IMG/VR virus record: IMGVR_UViG_3300032308_002010
Location: 64,001 to 128,000 of that record
Source of the DNA: a virus
Length of the DNA: 64,000 nt
Direction: 5' to 3' (one strand)
The stretch's first letter is position 1. Each line of letters begins with the position of its first letter. The position numbers and the translations under genes are program-made. A model generated the notes under the pieces. It saw nothing but the letters and a program-made list of their open reading frames with translations, was not told the origin of the DNA and searched no databases. Below are positions 37,456-45,753 of this stretch, piece after piece.

Positions 37456-39267
37456 TCATGCTCGTTGTTGTGGCTGTAAGAGTTTCATCGCGTTGGCAAA
37501 CATGTGCGGATCGAGTTTGGGCGGCAGTGGCTTGGCCGGCGGCGCTTTGAGTGCGTTCCCCAGTGCGCCGGCACCGTAGCCCGCCGCACCCATTAATCCC
37601 GTAGCCCCCAAACCCAGCAGCGTACGATTGCGGGCCATTAAGTTTAAGCCTTTTTGCACAATCGGCTTATTCGTAATGCCGAGTATTTTAACACCCGGCT
37701 GCGTCAGGAGCGTGCTGGGTAAGACATCCATGTGCGAAAGCTGCGGTTTGACAGCGCCGACATCGCTGAGCACGGCGGACGGCATCGAGCCGCAGTGATT
37801 GCCCCAGCAGCGCGTACCCTGACCCCGACCGCCAATAAATGGGAGCTTCTGCAGCCACGGAAACCGCCGCCGCAGCATGTTCAGCCCCATGACTTCTTTT
37901 GTTCCGGCGCCGATCGCGGCAGAACTTGCGTAGCCCTTATTTGTCTCGACGTTCAGCGACTTCGCGAGCTGGCTTTCATCAATATGGTCTGCGGCGCGAG
38001 CATAGATCGTGCCGCGGGGCTTTTTGTCGTAATAGCCTTCTGGAAAGAACTGCGAACGATCTTTCACGGCGTCGTCATAGACGTTGTCAATGCCTATGGA
38101 GTCGCTGGTATTAAACTTCCACGGACGTTTCTTGGCGTCAAGGCGGCCACGAGCAATTTCTTTGGCGTTCTCTCGTGACCGTTGCCGCAGAATGTTCAGG
38201 CTCACGCCATTGCGCTCAGCAATCTCGCGCTGCGCGGCTTCCGGCAGTGTCTCGAACAGCTGAAACAACGGATCATGCACTTTATCAAGCGCTGCGCCGC
38301 CGTGATGCAGCGTGGGAATTAAGCGCTCAAACGCCTTGGGTTTAAATAACTTTGAGCGCGCCAGCTGCCCCTGCGGCATACCCACGTCATCAATAGCTTT
38401 CGTGATTTCTTTCGCTAGCGCCGGGGAGGCTTTTGTACCGCGGCGCCGAAATAAGTCTGCGAGCGCTGTGAGCCGTTCTTTCTTAGCGAGGCTCGTGGGC
38501 GAGGCAGGATTATCAGCCAGCGCACGAACATCTGCCTCAAGACTGCGCATCTTGGCCTGCGGCGTGCCTTCAAAGAACTCACGCAGACCGCCTTTGGCTG
38601 CGTAGGTCCCGCCTGTAGGTGTCGTGCGCTCGGTCGTGAGGAAGTTCTTGAAGTTCTTGACTAACTTATCGCGCTGGGCAACAAGCTGGCTGGCGTCAGA
38701 ACCCGTGACTTTGGCCTGTTGAATCTGCCGAGACAAAGCATTTAAGCGCGCCTTCAGCAGGCCGTATTTATCGCCGCCGCCTTCAAACGCCATGTAGCGA
38801 GAAGCGTTTCGGGCGTTACGAATAAAACGTTTGCGGTTCGTCGCGAGTGCGGGGTTGTACACCTCTCCGGCGTCGTTCACTAAGAATGAAAGCGGCGGAG
38901 GTTTGCCGCCCGGGGGTGTGTTTGTGAGCTTGTGCGGCGCTTGGATATACGGCCCCACCATCTGGCCGTGCATGCCCGGGCCGCCTGATGCTGAGCCTGA
39001 GCCCTGAATAAGAAAATTAACAAGTGCGCCGTCCGGGCTGCGCTGCAAACCAGATACGCCGAGATCCCCCGGCTTGAGAGTTCTCAGCATCCGTGCCACA
39101 TCGACATTGCCGTTTGCCAGCGTCCAGTCCGGGGCGTCATTGACCAGCTTGCGATACTTGGGCAGCGTGACGAGGAGATATTCCAGTAAGCTCGCCGCCG
39201 GAAGAGCTGCGCCCGCGGTTGCGCCGATTGGGCGTAAATCTACGCCGTTGTCTTCAGGTGCGGGCAT
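37456..39267 (-). CDS. Large basic protein; possible permuted papain-like (NlpC/P60) core
   Basis: 603 aa; 'LHHGGAA' precedes 'HCGSMPSAVL'; Gly-rich hydrophobic C-terminal helix. Confidence 0.5.
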   Translation of the reverse strand: MPAPEDNGVDLRPIGATAGAALPAASLLEYLLVTLPKYRKLVNDAPDWTLANGNVDVARMLRTLKPGDLGVSGLQRSPDGALVNFLIQGSGSASGGPGMHGQMVGPYIQAPHKLTNTPPGGKPPPLSFLVNDAGEVYNPALATNRKRFIRNARNASRYMAFEGGGDKYGLLKARLNALSRQIQQAKVTGSDASQLVAQRDKLVKNFKNFLTTERTTPTGGTYAAKGGLREFFEGTPQAKMRSLEADVRALADNPASPTSLAKKERLTALADLFRRRGTKASPALAKEITKAIDDVGMPQGQLARSKLFKPKAFERLIPTLHHGGAALDKVHDPLFQLFETLPEAAQREIAERNGVSLNILRQRSRENAKEIARGRLDAKKRPWKFNTSDSIGIDNVYDDAVKDRSQFFPEGYYDKKPRGTIYARAADHIDESQLAKSLNVETNKGYASSAAIGAGTKEVMGLNMLRRRFPWLQKLPFIGGRGQGTRCWGNHCGSMPSAVLSDVGAVKPQLSHMDVLPSTLLTQPGVKILGITNKPIVQKGLNLMARNRTLLGLGATGLMGAAGYGAGALGNALKAPPAKPLPPKLDPHMFANAMKLLQPQQRA

Positions 39268-39352
39268 AGTGCGGCTGCCGGTTTTGCTAACAATATTTAG
39301 ATATTCTACTGAGCCTTATTGTATTACAAAAGCGCTGATAGCTAAACAAAAG

Positions 39353-39394
39353 CCTGCAGCCCCGGGGCTTGGGCAGCACCCGGGGATCTGCAGG
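39353..39394 (-). terminator. Intrinsic terminator after 39409..40119
   Basis: GC-rich hairpin (cctgcag/ctgcagg) followed on the minus strand by TTTTGTTT. Confidence 0.65.
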
Positions 39395-39408
39395 ACTTTG
39401 TTACTGCA

Positions 39409-40119
39409 CTAGGCAGCGGCCACGGCGGCCGTACCGCCGCGCATCGCCTTCACCTTCGCCTCAACGGCGGGGAGGATCCGGGCCAGCGTGCTCTTCTCCA
39501 CACCGCCCTCGAACAGCGCGTAGAGCGCCGACGAGGTGCAGAGCGTCGTAGACGCGGCGAACAGCATGCCAGTGGCCTGAATGACAATGTTGGTAGCACC
39601 AAGCTTCGCGGCGACTGCCGCTGCCGTGATGCCAACCACACCGCCGACCGTGAAGCCCACGCCAATCGCAGCAGCAGCCGCGACCAGCTTGAGCATGCCG
39701 GCGTTGATGTCACTCACGTTCATGGAGCTGACCAGCTCGTGAACGGCGGTCAGCGCCTTCTTGGCCTGACCATAGGCAGCGGTCGCCGTCTCCTTCAGCC
39801 AGCCGACCAGCGCCGTGACAGCCTCCTCGAACGCGTTGTACACGCGGCCGAGGAACGACCAGACACCGCTGGCGATCCGCTTGATCGCATCAGCAATGGT
39901 CTCGATCACCGTCAGCACGCCCGACCCGAGGGCCGAGAGCGTGTCGACCACCAGCGAGTTGGTGCGACTTAGCAAGCTCTCATCGGCGAGAGCGCGCTGG
40001 ACAGCGGCGTCGATCTCAGCATCGGTCAGCTCAGGCTTCTTGGCCCGGTTGACCTTACCGACCTTGACCTTCGCCTTCACGCCACGGGTCTTTGCGGGGA
40101 TCTTCTTCGTTGCACTCAT
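39409..40119 (-). CDS. Hypothetical early protein: basic N-terminus, amphipathic helices, C-terminal TM helices
   Basis: 236 aa, very high GC3; follows promoter motif copy 1. Confidence 0.7.
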   Translation of the reverse strand: MSATKKIPAKTRGVKAKVKVGKVNRAKKPELTDAEIDAAVQRALADESLLSRTNSLVVDTLSALGSGVLTVIETIADAIKRIASGVWSFLGRVYNAFEEAVTALVGWLKETATAAYGQAKKALTAVHELVSSMNVSDINAGMLKLVAAAAAIGVGFTVGGVVGITAAAVAAKLGATNIVIQATGMLFAASTTLCTSSALYALFEGGVEKSTLARILPAVEAKVKAMRGGTAAVAAA

Positions 40120-40211
40120 CTGAACAGTTCCTTAAACATGAGGACACGATTACACCGAAACCCATGTAATCTATATGGGGGTACCGGCTACACACCGATA
40201 CCAAGGGGGGA

Positions 40212-40248
40212 TCATTAGATATACCCGGCTTTTTGGCTTTATTTAGCT
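40212..40248 (-). promoter_or_regulatory. Conserved 37-bp promoter-like motif, copy 1
   Basis: AGCTAAATAAA-N9-CCGG-G-TATATCTAATGA. Confidence 0.75.
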
Positions 40249-40249
40249 A

Positions 40250-41335
40250 TCAGCCATTTTGCCGGGTTTTCACCACCATCTGCGAGCGGCCGGGCCACAA
40301 TACCATCTGTTGCATTGTGTCCTCGTCCGTTACGTCTTTCAGTAACTGCAGAGCTGTTACTGGTCGCTGCGCAATACTATCTTTACGCTCGTCGGTCAGA
40401 CTGTTGCGCAGCACAGCCTGAAGCGCGGTATATCGGGGATACGTCACCCACTCATTCTCATCATCGTTCTCTGGGTTGTACTCAGCGTACGGCCCAGCCA
40501 CGTAATGATTCGTTTGCACAAGGCCATGCGGCTTGGTGCGAATGGTTGATTTCTCTCCAACATGCGTTACTACAGTGTGTTCACGGGCTTTGGTGCCAAC
40601 CACGTGCGCAAAGAACGGCACGATGGTTTCATAGCTCCGTAACCCAAGAATCAGACTGTTGTAACTTTTTGGAAATCGGTCGCAGACGGCTCGGACCCGC
40701 TGTAACACGGGCCACCTAAAGAGCAGCGCCGGCGCCGATAACCAGCCAAGCAAGCTATTCAGTTTGTTAACAACTGGAGCCTGATTGACAGTGACAGCCC
40801 ACGAATCACCCATAGCCGATATCACGCCCACCATGCCCGCCACGCCTACAGATGTATAAGCGCTGCGCCCACGGTGAAAGCGAAAGATCCGCGTGTGCCT
40901 GCCTGTACTGCGAGGCACAACCCAGTCCATGTTACGGACCAGCACGGGAGACTTCTCGACCTCAAAGCTGACGCTAGAGCAGCCACAACCATACATCTCA
41001 GAAAGAGAAGTAAAGTCGTAGATGAGGTTTCCCAACATGAGCTTACCCACAGGAACTTCGGCGTGCCGGGCTATGCACGCTAACTCCTGTGTGTAATCTT
41101 CGCCAAACATGCCGACCATTTGGCGAAGTAACCAGCCGCCACCGGACGCCATCGCATGCACAGCCGTGATAAGCGGACTGGGCAGGTGTGGCGCCAATGT
41201 CTCTTCGATCTCTTCTTCGACATCGGAGAGAATGGACTGAATGGCGTCTCCGTTTTGGATAGCAAAATCAGTCCAGCGTTCGTCAGCGGGTGCGTCCAGA
41301 TCAATGTCATGGACTTTCCCGGTGAAGAGCTTCAT
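40250..41335 (-). CDS. Acid ceramidase/NAAA-like Ntn hydrolase
   Basis: 'IDLDAPADERW', 'GNLIYD', nucleophile site 'GCG-CSSV', 'LVRNMDW', 'GMVGVISAM', 'VQTNHY'. Confidence 0.75.
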   Translation of the reverse strand: MKLFTGKVHDIDLDAPADERWTDFAIQNGDAIQSILSDVEEEIEETLAPHLPSPLITAVHAMASGGGWLLRQMVGMFGEDYTQELACIARHAEVPVGKLMLGNLIYDFTSLSEMYGCGCSSVSFEVEKSPVLVRNMDWVVPRSTGRHTRIFRFHRGRSAYTSVGVAGMVGVISAMGDSWAVTVNQAPVVNKLNSLLGWLSAPALLFRWPVLQRVRAVCDRFPKSYNSLILGLRSYETIVPFFAHVVGTKAREHTVVTHVGEKSTIRTKPHGLVQTNHYVAGPYAEYNPENDDENEWVTYPRYTALQAVLRNSLTDERKDSIAQRPVTALQLLKDVTDEDTMQQMVLWPGRSQMVVKTRQNG

Positions 41336-41601
41336 GACGTTTTCCTTTCCAGTCGCGAGTTTAGTCGCGAGACCTGTTCACGCAGCAGATCGAACGCCTG
41401 CGCTCTGACCTTGTCTCCCTCGACCATCTGCTCTATCAGGGTGAGGAGACGCAGCTGGTTTTCCTCCAGCGCCGTGATACGGGCGTTGGTGTCAGCAAAC
41501 ATGATCTGAACGCCGCGGTTTACGGAAAGATCGTTCTTGTCCGTCTGCGGGAGCGCGGCAGGAAACAGGGACCCGATATCGGTTTCAAACAGATTACTCA
41601 T
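41332..41601 (-). CDS. Small coiled-coil protein
   Basis: 89 aa; AAGGAG SD; overlaps the ceramidase start. Confidence 0.6.
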   Translation of the reverse strand: MSNLFETDIGSLFPAALPQTDKNDLSVNRGVQIMFADTNARITALEENQLRLLTLIEQMVEGDKVRAQAFDLLREQVSRLNSRLERKTS

Positions 41602-41670
41602 CGGTCATTCTCCTTAGCCGCACAGCAGCGGCAGAAAGATATCAGAACAACCCAGTGCACTACTGGGGTA

Positions 41671-41707
41671 TCACTGAATATGACCGGAATCAGGCTTTTA
41701 TTTAGCT
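41671..41707 (-). promoter_or_regulatory. 37-bp promoter-like motif, copy 2
   Basis: AGCTAAATAAA-N9-CCGG-T-CATATTCAGTGA. Confidence 0.75.
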
Positions 41708-41720
41708 ATCAGCGCTGGGC

Positions 41721-43373
41721 TTAATCTAGCGAGCTAAGATCGAGGCCGCCCTGCCATTGAGGAGGCTTAGCGGCAGGTGTAATACCCTGCAACTGCCCCC
41801 ATGTCCGCGCGTTCGTTGTCGGGCCGCCCCACGCGGTGAGCTGGGACCGAATCTTCTCGCCAGTCTGGGTATCACTCATGTTGCGGCGGCCCATGCCAGC
41901 CATCACGCGCTCGAATCTGGCTTGGGCATCAGACATGGCAACTCGCGCCTGTTGCGTATCGCCAAAGCGGGGAAAACCACCGGGAACGGCGCCGGGCATC
42001 CGCATGCGAGACTGCGGCGGCTGAGCTGGGCGCTTACTGGCACGCATGAGATAATTATTTACGTTTTCCATGATGTCTGGGTGGCGCATCAAGCTTTCGC
42101 CACGAGCTGCAGCGAGCGGGCCAGCCACAGACGGATGCACGTTGGCGATGTTTAACTTGGGGGCTACAGCCTTGGCCGCCGTATTAGCTACGGCCTTTGC
42201 GCCACCACCAAATAACCGACCAAGGCCGCCAAAATTGAGCCCGGCTTCTTTGCCAAACTCATACGCGCTGGAGCACTTGCAGTTCCATTTGCGCAAGGAT
42301 TTATTAATGCGTGAGTCAGGGTCTTTCTTTGTATCAGCGCCAGTGTTTACACGTTTCATACCGCACATCCTTGAGCAAAAAGAGTTCTGACGCTTGGCCC
42401 GGTCACCTTTGGGTTTGCTCTCAGTTACGGGAGCTTTTAAGTTTCCACCTGTCTCGCGTTCGTAGCTTTTGCGGCCCTTTTCATTGAGCCCGCCCTCTTC
42501 ATTTTTACCAGCAGAACGTTGCCACGCAGGAGTACCGGATTGCTTTTCGGCGCTAATACTGGTGACCTTTTTCCAGCTTTTGCTATCTGGATAGTCTTTG
42601 TCGCCGGGCTTAGCTTTTTTCCCGCCGCGTTCGCGCTTCATGCGAATTCGGTCCCATAACCCAAGCGCGCCGGCTATCTTTTCGCTGCCTACTGAGTTAG
42701 CCGTCCCAAAAGCCGCGTTCCCTGTGATGTCGCCAGATGAAGAGAGCGCGCCATAGGAGTTAATAGGGTTGGCATTGGGAGAGGAACCGCCGCCTACTGG
42801 GGGAAGCTGGCCAGACGGCGCGGGAGATCCCATATTCGCCGGTTGGGCTGCAGGAGCTTGCGGTTGGCCCTGTGGCGCCGCTGCCTGCATACCCATCGGT
42901 AGGGGCGTACCAGCCGCCGGCATGGCATAGTGCTTTAAATTAGCGTTTGCAGGCATGCGGGCGGCCTCTCGGGCCTCCATTTCAGCTCTTTCGTTCTCTA
43001 ACGCCTGCATGATGGGCTGCGACAAGACAGCAGAAAGCTTCGCCATGAGCGGGTTTACTGCACTTTTTGGCTTTATTTCTGAGTTACACCGTTCGCCCTT
43101 GGTTTTGACAACAGTAGGTGGGTTTTCGCCTGCTTCTGTTGGCTTATCACTGGCCGGCTGTTCGATATAGACCTCTTTTGTGTCCGCTTTCTTGGATAAT
43201 TTTCTGTAAATATCGACAGCGACTGTATTTACGGCAGATTGTTTATGAGTTGTTTTTTTATTGGCGTACATAGGGAGTTTCTTTTTGGTTGGATACTCGT
43301 GCGCCCAGCGTTTTGCGATGTCTGGATGCTCTGCCCAAAGAAATCTACGCTGTTTTTCGGACTTAAAGGGCAT
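41721..43373 (-). CDS. Mosaic K-x-A protein of small basic modules (includes a DUF6321-like module)
   Basis: 'MPFKSEKQRRFLWAEHPDIAKRW', 'GLWDRIRMKR', 'AWQRSAGKNEEGGLN...SFCSRM...RKWNC' and 'AYEFGKEAG' modules separated by K-x-A/S/G. Confidence 0.75.
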   Translation of the reverse strand: MPFKSEKQRRFLWAEHPDIAKRWAHEYPTKKKLPMYANKKTTHKQSAVNTVAVDIYRKLSKKADTKEVYIEQPASDKPTEAGENPPTVVKTKGERCNSEIKPKSAVNPLMAKLSAVLSQPIMQALENERAEMEAREAARMPANANLKHYAMPAAGTPLPMGMQAAAPQGQPQAPAAQPANMGSPAPSGQLPPVGGGSSPNANPINSYGALSSSGDITGNAAFGTANSVGSEKIAGALGLWDRIRMKRERGGKKAKPGDKDYPDSKSWKKVTSISAEKQSGTPAWQRSAGKNEEGGLNEKGRKSYERETGGNLKAPVTESKPKGDRAKRQNSFCSRMCGMKRVNTGADTKKDPDSRINKSLRKWNCKCSSAYEFGKEAGLNFGGLGRLFGGGAKAVANTAAKAVAPKLNIANVHPSVAGPLAAARGESLMRHPDIMENVNNYLMRASKRPAQPPQSRMRMPGAVPGGFPRFGDTQQARVAMSDAQARFERVMAGMGRRNMSDTQTGEKIRSQLTAWGGPTTNARTWGQLQGITPAAKPPQWQGGLDLSSLD

Positions 43374-43609
43374 CGCGTAGCTCGTGCGAAATGATGCGCG
43401 GCTGTTCCCAAGCTGAATACGCCCATTTTGTCATAAGCGGGTCAAGAAGAAAAGGAGCAATACATTTTGTTAGAATAATGTGAGGACGGCGGGAACAATA
43501 GTATGTTAAAACCACCACATAACTTTTGGATATACGTGTTGCTGGCTGCGTGGAGTACATTCTTATTGTGGTACGGGCCGCATTTTTGAAACACGAGGGG
43601 CGGACACAT

Positions 43610-43936
43610 ATGCGCACACTATTTTTAATCGTTGGAATGCTCTGCGTGATGGGTATGGGAAAAGCCTGCGCCGATACCGTGCTAATGTTCTCTGCAGACT
43701 GGTGTAAGTACTGCAAACTGGCCAAGAATGATTTACTGGCGAATAAAGACGAAGTGGCGGCGTGGGGCGTGACAGTTATTGATGCCGATGTGAGCAAAGA
43801 TCTGGTTCGCAACTATGGCGTGAAGACGCTGCCGACGTTTATCTATCTAAATGACGCCGGGGAAGAACTGGATAGAGTGGCAGGCTATAAGGGATATAAC
43901 CGGCTACGGCGTTGGGTTGAAAAGAGCGCGCGCTGA
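43610..43936 (+). CDS. Exported thioredoxin-like protein
   Basis: Signal peptide MRTLFLIVG..., 'FSADWCKYCK', 'LPTF', 'RVAGY'. One of only two credible plus-strand genes. Confidence 0.8.
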   Translation: MRTLFLIVGMLCVMGMGKACADTVLMFSADWCKYCKLAKNDLLANKDEVAAWGVTVIDADVSKDLVRNYGVKTLPTFIYLNDAGEELDRVAGYKGYNRLRRWVEKSAR

Positions 43937-43965
43937 TAGCTAAAGAAAAGACGCAGCTTTTCCTG

Positions 43966-44163
43966 TTATAGGGTCTTTACGGCGCTGAACTGTTTTATCA
44001 TCTGCATCACATAACTGAGCAGCGCCGAGTTATCTCCCGGAAGCTCAGTTATGACGTGGTGCATGATTCCGAGCACGAGTACAAGAGCCTGTCGGTCATG
44101 CTCTTTTGACGCGTGCTGTACCGCTTGAAACATCATGACTGTGATGATATCCGCAGGGGTCAT
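43966..44163 (-). CDS. Small hypothetical protein
   Basis: 65 aa; AAGGA SD. Confidence 0.5.
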   Translation of the reverse strand: MTPADIITVMMFQAVQHASKEHDRQALVLVLGIMHHVITELPGDNSALLSYVMQMIKQFSAVKTL

Positions 44164-44227
44164 TAGGTTCCTTTAGTTAAAAAAAAGCGCATGCAGGGTC
44201 AGGGTGTGATACCTGCATGCGCTCCGC

Positions 44228-44449
44228 CTACTGGGCTGAGAGTGTTGTCCACTCGCCAATGTAGGTCTGTTCCAACGGATTGATGATCCGAGGCTTGGGC
44301 ACCGGGGCAGGGCGTGGAGCCGGGGGAGCTATACCGACGGGCTGTTGCCAGCGCGCCGTAAACTCGTCCCAGCCTTTCGGGGCCTTGGCTTGATCCGAAA
44401 CCCACCCAATGAGCGCCAGACTACCAAGGATCATAAGCAGCGTGGTCAT
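44228..44449 (-). CDS. Small N-terminal TM protein
   Basis: 73 aa; AAGGA SD; follows motif copy 3; a hairpin plus T-run follows its stop. Confidence 0.55.
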   Translation of the reverse strand: MTTLLMILGSLALIGWVSDQAKAPKGWDEFTARWQQPVGIAPPAPRPAPVPKPRIINPLEQTYIGEWTTLSAQ

Positions 44450-44509
44450 GCTATTTCCTTTCTTTCAATCGTGACGGGCAAGACGTAATTTTTGGCTTAC
44501 GCCTATCCG

Positions 44510-44546
44510 TCACTAAATATGACCGGAAATAGCAGGTTATTTAGCC
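44510..44546 (-). promoter_or_regulatory. 37-bp promoter-like motif, copy 3
   Basis: GGCTAAATAAC-N9-CCGG-T-CATATTTAGTGA. Confidence 0.7.
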
Positions 44547-44832
44547 CGCAAGAAAACCACCAGATCGAGGTCGTCTTCTTCGTCATCGTCAAAGCTTTCG
44601 ATGTAGATCGGCTCAAAGCTGGGGCGCATATACGTACCTACCGACGACATGGGGCGTGTACCGTGTCGCAATTATACGGTTTTGATAACATGTCCCCTAT
44701 TCGGTAAGGATTAGGCACGCAAGTTTCTTACAACTAATCGACGTAACGTATTGATACGTAAGTACTTAGGACGCGCAGGTTTTTCCTGTTTGCCGTAAGT
44801 CTTTGCGCGCCAATATGTTACGTCTAATAGCT

Positions 44833-44868
44833 AAAAAAAAGCGCGCCGCGGCGGCTTCGCCGCGGGCA
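44833..44868 (-). terminator. Intrinsic terminator
   Basis: ccgcggcgg-cttc-gccgcgg hairpin followed on the minus strand by T8. Confidence 0.7.
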
Positions 44869-45196
44869 TTATGGGCGCGTGACAAGGCTCGCGTCTCCCA
44901 TAAGCAGCTGTATGGGTAGTTGCGTACCCACCCGGTCCGAACACACCAGCCGCAACGCCGGCGTGTTCAGACGCGCTTTTTTTCCGGGCTATTCGCAATT
45001 ACCCGGCGTTCAATACTCTCTTGCGATTGAGAGGAGGAGCATCGAAGACATCCTCAAAATGAAACACCTCGCTGGGAATTGCACCCAGCCTACTAGCTAC
45101 GTAACACCCGCTTTTAAGGCTTCGGTCCGTAGCGGCGATCCGTGATCAGCGGATTGCCGGCAGTGTCTCTAGTGAGGTGGTAGTCGCGAGTTGCGA

Positions 45197-45478
45197 CTAC
45201 GAAACAGGCTCGAACTCGGCGTCGATCACCGTGTAGCTGTCGTAGTCGTCGTTCAGGATTGCTGCCTCTGCCGGGATGCACTCGCAGACGCCCAGCGAGT
45301 GGTGGCAGTAGCAGCAGCGCTCGGTGTCGGTATCGGGCACCGGCAGCACGAACACAACCATCACGTCCCGGTAGTCGTCCACGTTGACATTCACAGCCGG
45401 GTTGTTGCGCAATTGACTAATCATCTCATCGTCCTCCTTGAAGAGAGAAATAAAACTGCCGTCGTCTCGTGACGGCAC
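45197..45478 (-). CDS. Small acidic protein with CxxC...CxC motif
   Basis: 93 aa, 'CCYCHHSLGVCEC'; follows motif copy 4; the true start may be the internal M after GGAGG. Confidence 0.55.
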   Translation of the reverse strand: MPSRDDGSFISLFKEDDEMISQLRNNPAVNVNVDDYRDVMVVFVLPVPDTDTERCCYCHHSLGVCECIPAEAAILNDDYDSYTVIDAEFEPVS

Positions 45479-45606
45479 ACGCTAATGGTCTCTCGCCATT
45501 AGACGGCCCTAACATGTCGCCGGTTAGGGGGTGCGGCTGAGGGTACGTATAACTTCACGCGTAAGGCCAGTGGCTATACCACTGCCGCGGCGAGAGCTAT
45601 AGGTCC

Positions 45607-45643
45607 TCAATAGATATGCCCGGATTTTTGGGTTTATTTAGCT
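45607..45643 (-). promoter_or_regulatory. 37-bp promoter-like motif, copy 4
   Basis: AGCTAAATAAA-N9-CCGG-G-CATATCTATTGA. Confidence 0.75.
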
Positions 45644-45657
45644 GCGGGCCGATAGCT

Positions 45658-45693
45658 AAAAAAAAAGCCGGCAGGGGAGCGCACCCCTGCCGA
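45658..45693 (-). terminator. Intrinsic terminator
   Basis: cggcagggg/cccctgccg hairpin followed on the minus strand by T8. Confidence 0.75.
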
Positions 45694-45753
45694 CTCTTGG
45701 CGAATTAACGAGTCGCCACCCGTGCCGAAGCGACCAATCGGTCGCCAAGAAAG

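Noticed and set aside
37420-39305. ATATCTAA upstream of 37413 and 39267 as a late promoter
   Set aside because: The motif is short, has only two intergenic copies, and also occurs inside coding sequence; there is not enough support.
45046-45170. Twister or twister-sister ribozyme (ACACTGCC, TGCAA loop)
   Set aside because: The required pseudoknot and catalytic internal-loop pairings could not be built by hand.
40212-45643. Promoter motif as a sigma28 (TAAA-N15-GCCGATAA) site
   Set aside because: The spacing is about 3 nt short, and the -10 part reads CCGGKYAT in all copies.
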